Of a DNA stretch of 64,000 bases, positions 60,003 to 64,000 are shown in pieces. Origin of the DNA: an uncultured archaeon (GTDB lineage Archaea; Asgardarchaeota; Heimdallarchaeia; Heimdallarchaeales; Heimdallarchaeaceae); contig CAZHRF010000009.1 in the NCBI GenBank assembly GCA_964534625.1, forward strand, positions 1 to 64,000, read 5' to 3'. The translations under genes were made by a program, and so were the position numbers. The notes beneath the pieces were generated by a model. The model did no database searches. It worked only from the letters and a program-made list of their open reading frames with translations, and was not told where the DNA came from. How positions within the stretch are numbered: position 1 is the first letter of the stretch; each line of letters begins with the position of its first letter.

Positions 60003-60120
60003 ATGTACTGTCGGGACGACAGGAACTATAGACGACGCTTGTGAGGAAGAAGTAAGCCCTCATTTTGAGGCTACTTCGTTGAAGCAAGAAACCATCTGCC
60101 TTTAGGCAGTGGTAGTTCAT
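60003..60120 (+). ncRNA. TnpB omega/reRNA-like scaffold (copy B)
   Basis: Homologous to 22220-22340, with conserved hairpins GAAGTA..CCTCA-TTT-TGAGG.TACTTC and CCA.CTGCCT-T-TAGGCAG-TGG. Confidence 0.65.
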
Positions 60121-60813
60121 TCATTCATCCTTTTTTTCTTTTAACTCTTCTAAAGTCAACTCTTTTCCACAAGACTTGTCTCCTTCTGGACAATAACCAA
60201 AGAATTCACAGAATGCACCTGTTTCTTTAAATAATGTCGGGGCAACTTTCCTTACTTCTTTTAACATTTTGATTGCTAGCGTACGTATCTCTTTCTGAGC
60301 TCGTGTGCATATCCTTCTAGCAAAAAATTCAATTAGGGCATGTGCGTTCATAGATAAAATTAGTTGAGTTGATGTGGCATTGGGAAGTATGTAACGGGCA
60401 TCTTCTTTAGGAATATTGTTATTAATCATTTTTTGATAAAAATTGAATAATGCCTCTGAAATGTTTTTATATTCGTCGTAAAAATCAGAATTTTTTATTT
60501 TATCAGGTATAACCACCTTAAAGTTTTCTGCGTTAACGTATCTTTGTGATTGTTGAGAAAAACTCGCAATTCTTTTTCTAACCAATTGATGACTACATAC
60601 GCGGCTAATTCCTGAGATATAAAAGACAAAACTATTATGTTCAATGATTGATAAGTGACCCGATTTTATTATTTTTTGAAGATATTCAGAACTTTTTCTA
60701 TTTGCATTGTTTTTTATATCCTTTAAAAACTGATCTCCTGAATAACATATCACTCCTGCCATTTTAGCTATTAATTCGCTTTCTTCAGGATAAGAGATTA
60801 GATGAACTTCCAT
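60121..60813 (-). CDS. thyX: FAD-dependent thymidylate synthase
   Basis: GHLSIIEH, GISRVCSHQLVRKRIASFSQQSQRYV, EDARYILPNA, R.C.RAQ.EIR. Confidence 0.95.
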   Translation of the reverse strand: MEVHLISYPEESELIAKMAGVICYSGDQFLKDIKNNANRKSSEYLQKIIKSGHLSIIEHNSFVFYISGISRVCSHQLVRKRIASFSQQSQRYVNAENFKVVIPDKIKNSDFYDEYKNISEALFNFYQKMINNNIPKEDARYILPNATSTQLILSMNAHALIEFFARRICTRAQKEIRTLAIKMLKEVRKVAPTLFKETGAFCEFFGYCPEGDKSCGKELTLEELKEKKDE

Positions 60814-61041
60814 ATTTATTAACTCTTTTAGTATTGTATATTAATCAACCCCGAATGCATTATAAAAACGTATAGAAAAAAAGCAAACTCTAAGAGTGAG
60901 TTAAATTGATATATTTTAGACATCTATATATATGAGAAGTCTCATTCTAAAAGTAGCAAAAAACTTTAAATCATGTGCATTATAATACAATAATAAGCGT
61001 TTGATTATTGTCATAATAATAAACAAGAATGAGGAACATAG

Positions 61042-64000
61042 ATGTCTGATAAACAATCTGGAAAAAGACTTAAAGAAGGGGTAAAATTAAAAACCCGTAA
61101 AGGTATATCGCCCAAACCTGCAATGGTTGAAAAAAAGAGAAAAATTAAAACATCTAAATCGAAAAAACGACCTGTAACGGGCGTGGAAGACCCAAATAAA
61201 ATAAAACGGAAAAATATTATTTTGTCTTCAATTTTTACCGTACTATTGATTGCTGTTATTATTGAATTGTACGTTTATGAATATATACTTCTCCCATTTT
61301 CGGACTTTGCAATGCTTATAATAGAACCGGTTATTCTTACTGCCCTTATTCTAGCTATATTGTTTTCGTTTGAAACTTATAAAACAGAGTTTACACCTAC
61401 CATATTAAGAATATTGCTTACCATAGGAACTTTAATAGTGTTCTTTCCTATAACTCTATATAAACGCCATACGCGCCATAATGTGTGGAGGATATTTTTT
61501 ACTGGATTTACAATTGTGACTTTATTAATGTCCTTTTTCAGTCCCTATATAGGTTTATTCGGAAAAAGAAGATCTTTGATTGGTGGTCCTGGAGAGGATT
61601 TGTATGACGTGGATACTAGTGCTCTATCTGCAGAATTTAATATTAATATAAATATAAACGCAAGTGAATTAAAAGACTTTTTAGACCAATTATTAAATAA
61701 CGCATCCCTTTTAGATCAAGTTACATTAGAATCAAGTGTTGCGAATGTAACTCTAGCTGGTGAGGATATTGGTAACTATCTTTATCGGTACGAAGTATAT
61801 GATGAATATGAGGATGAAGACTGGGAGTTTGTGGCTTCAAGTAATGCCCTTACAACGAGAATTCCTGAGAATCAGAAGGGATCACCAGAAGCTGAGAACC
61901 AGACAAAATTAGGCATCTCTCAAACTGTTTATTCGGCAACTAGTTCTCTAGAGACCTCTCTTCTATCTACTTGGTCTTCTTACTATTTACCCCATATTGA
62001 TATCCCACAGAATCTAGATGCAAATTTACTCGATTTAAATGGCACCCAAAAAGCAAAAAAGGGTTCGACTGATATCAGTTACAATACAAGAGATGAGTTT
62101 GTACTTAGCAGTACAATTTCAACAAATGACATGTTTTCTCCTTTCCAAGGTACATATTATTATGAAACACATTTCATCGGTGATCAAGATTATGAACCAA
62201 TAATATCCAATGCTTTAGATTTTGATTATTATAGTACTTCCATTCAAAATACTATTATCAATGATTATGCACTATTTCTACAAACACCAGATGATTATGA
62301 AAATAGATCGCCATATGTAAAAACATTTGCAGATGAAATTGAAACTTTATTGACTGAAGATGCAACAGTATATCAAGCTATAACTAGCGTTATAAATAGA
62401 GTACTAATGAAGGGAGAACCCACAAGTAAAAGTGAAGAGGGCGATGGAGCAAATAATTTAGCCGCACCAGATGGTGAGGGTTCATTTACGGATTATATCG
62501 CTTTAACAGTGATGGCCTTAAGATTACTTGGTATCCCAGCTAGACCTGTATTGGGATTTGCAATAGGTGAGCCTGATTCTAATGATGATGGCGATTATCA
62601 AGCGTTAAAAATAAAGCACATGTATATGTGGGTTGAAGCTTTAGTGCCTTATGATGATGGCGGCGATATAAAATATATTTGGGGACAATTTCAAGTGGGA
62701 CCCTATGTTACATCGAATTATGAATATGTCTATTGTGATAACACGATGTATTCTTCATATGATATTGCTTTAACTATTTATGAAAATAGTCCTGGAGATG
62801 TACAAACACAAAATATTGAGGGACAAGATGTTTATTTGTTGGATTATGGTATAAATTATACTGTTCAAGCAACAACCACACAAGGCAATGAGAGTGTAGA
62901 AGGGACTATGTTGACTTTTGAGTCCTTTACAACTAGTACTGTAGAAAACACCCAAGACCCAACAACTTTGATAGGTAATGGGGTAGAAATCGGTGTTGGG
63001 AGTGCAAGATCTGATTCTTCAGGCCATGCTATCGTTTATCATGTGTTCAATTCTTCATTTGAAACATTAAACTTGGCAGATCCTTCTAGTACCTCCTATG
63101 TTATATTTGCATATACGGGATTAAGTTATGATGTTGCTCCAATTGCAATATTTCCGAAGGGATATCTTACTGATGTTAGTTTCAATGCAAGTAAACAAAG
63201 CTTACCTGATCCAAATAATCCTCTTGAAACCTATGATTATTATCTTATTCAAAAAGATTGGCGTTATTCTATGAGCACATTTGTATATGAAGATGAAACA
63301 GAAACTACTCCTTTAACCAATCGAAGTATAACGTTTTATTTATTAACTTCAAATGAATTGCAACAGGTCCAAGCGGGAACCTTAACTGATTTCAGTCAGT
63401 TAAATTCAATTGGTTCCACACTAACCGATAATCAAGGAAATGCAACAATAACCAACTTTCATGAAGGAAGTGATGCGTTTGGAGATCTTTCAATCAATAC
63501 TGGATATGCTGTTGCAGCTAGCTATGGAGCGAACTATAGTGCATCGCCAATAATTTATTTAGATGCTTTACAATCAATTATCAATATTAATACTACCTCG
63601 TACAGTTATGGGTCGCCTGGATATTTCTTCCAAGATATAACTGTTACTTTACAAATGGCACCCCCAGATGGAACTGTAGAACCCCTGCCCGATGTGGATG
63701 TAAAACTTTGGATGATCCCTTTGGAGTTTTATGAGGAATATGGTACTTCTTCATTTGAAACAGCTGACGAGTACATATCTTATTTGAAAGGATTAGATCA
63801 ATGGAATATAAACAATTTTGTAAATGGAACCACTAATGAATTTGGTGTGTTTAACCATATTTATCAAACTAATTTTGATGACTATGGGGTGGGTAATTTT
63901 AAAATTGTTACATTTTATAAAGATAGATGGAACGGTTCGGAGACTATAAGCATAAGCTCGGGACCTGCAAGTTTTTCTATCAATGAATCTGAAGAGGTTG
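61042..64000 (+). CDS. Large membrane-anchored protein with transglutaminase-like domain (partial, runs off window)
   Basis: Not in ORF track because there is no stop in the window. Basic N-terminus, ~4 TM, GSFTDY...MALRLLGIPARPVLGF...YMWVEA, then an acidic S/T/N-rich extracellular region. Confidence 0.85.
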   Translation, partial: MSDKQSGKRLKEGVKLKTRKGISPKPAMVEKKRKIKTSKSKKRPVTGVEDPNKIKRKNIILSSIFTVLLIAVIIELYVYEYILLPFSDFAMLIIEPVILTALILAILFSFETYKTEFTPTILRILLTIGTLIVFFPITLYKRHTRHNVWRIFFTGFTIVTLLMSFFSPYIGLFGKRRSLIGGPGEDLYDVDTSALSAEFNINININASELKDFLDQLLNNASLLDQVTLESSVANVTLAGEDIGNYLYRYEVYDEYEDEDWEFVASSNALTTRIPENQKGSPEAENQTKLGISQTVYSATSSLETSLLSTWSSYYLPHIDIPQNLDANLLDLNGTQKAKKGSTDISYNTRDEFVLSSTISTNDMFSPFQGTYYYETHFIGDQDYEPIISNALDFDYYSTSIQNTIINDYALFLQTPDDYENRSPYVKTFADEIETLLTEDATVYQAITSVINRVLMKGEPTSKSEEGDGANNLAAPDGEGSFTDYIALTVMALRLLGIPARPVLGFAIGEPDSNDDGDYQALKIKHMYMWVEALVPYDDGGDIKYIWGQFQVGPYVTSNYEYVYCDNTMYSSYDIALTIYENSPGDVQTQNIEGQDVYLLDYGINYTVQATTTQGNESVEGTMLTFESFTTSTVENTQDPTTLIGNGVEIGVGSARSDSSGHAIVYHVFNSSFETLNLADPSSTSYVIFAYTGLSYDVAPIAIFPKGYLTDVSFNASKQSLPDPNNPLETYDYYLIQKDWRYSMSTFVYEDETETTPLTNRSITFYLLTSNELQQVQAGTLTDFSQLNSIGSTLTDNQGNATITNFHEGSDAFGDLSINTGYAVAASYGANYSASPIIYLDALQSIININTTSYSYGSPGYFFQDITVTLQMAPPDGTVEPLPDVDVKLWMIPLEFYEEYGTSSFETADEYISYLKGLDQWNINNFVNGTTNEFGVFNHIYQTNFDDYGVGNFKIVTFYKDRWNGSETISISSGPASFSINESEEV

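Larger units (their letters stand above)
59725..60120 (+). mobile_element. Non-autonomous IS200/IS605-derived element, copy B (396 bp)
   Basis: TTAC, then 19 nt ending AAAG, left hairpin, TATA box, micro-ORF, TnpB-tail-like CTVGTTGTIDDACEEEVSP..ATSLKQETICL*, right hairpin, GTAGTTCAT. Confidence 0.85.

Overview
AT-rich archaeal chromosomal segment, most likely from an Asgard archaeon (Heimdallarchaeia-like). This is inferred from eS26, several roadblock/longin proteins, MglA-like and Rab-like small GTPases, a 22-aa LRR protein and presenilin. Most genes are housekeeping: enolase, ThiL, RibK/RibL, prenyltransferases, FEN1, tRNA modification enzymes including ArcS-RaSEA, CDC48, FrhB-like/CofE, ThyX, and two tRNA-Lys genes (one with an intron). 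There is also a MoxR-DUF58 membrane operon and a large pseudo-transglutaminase surface protein that runs off the window. The best candidate for an undescribed system is a family of ~395-bp non-autonomous IS200/IS605-type elements at 22220-22612 (-) and 59725-60120 (+), plus a 46-bp minimal form at 16100-16145. The two long copies keep IS608-like ends, an archaeal TATA box, a conserved 41/43-aa micro-ORF and a TnpB-tail/omega-RNA-like scaffold, but have no nuclease gene. A second striking signal is a purine-to-pyrimidine strand-skew inversion centred near each tRNA-Lys gene. Candidate trafficking-related proteins (alpha-SNAP-like, mu-homology-like, longin plus Rab pair) and a CBS-HPF hibernation factor are also present. 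All assignments are made by eye, without database searches.
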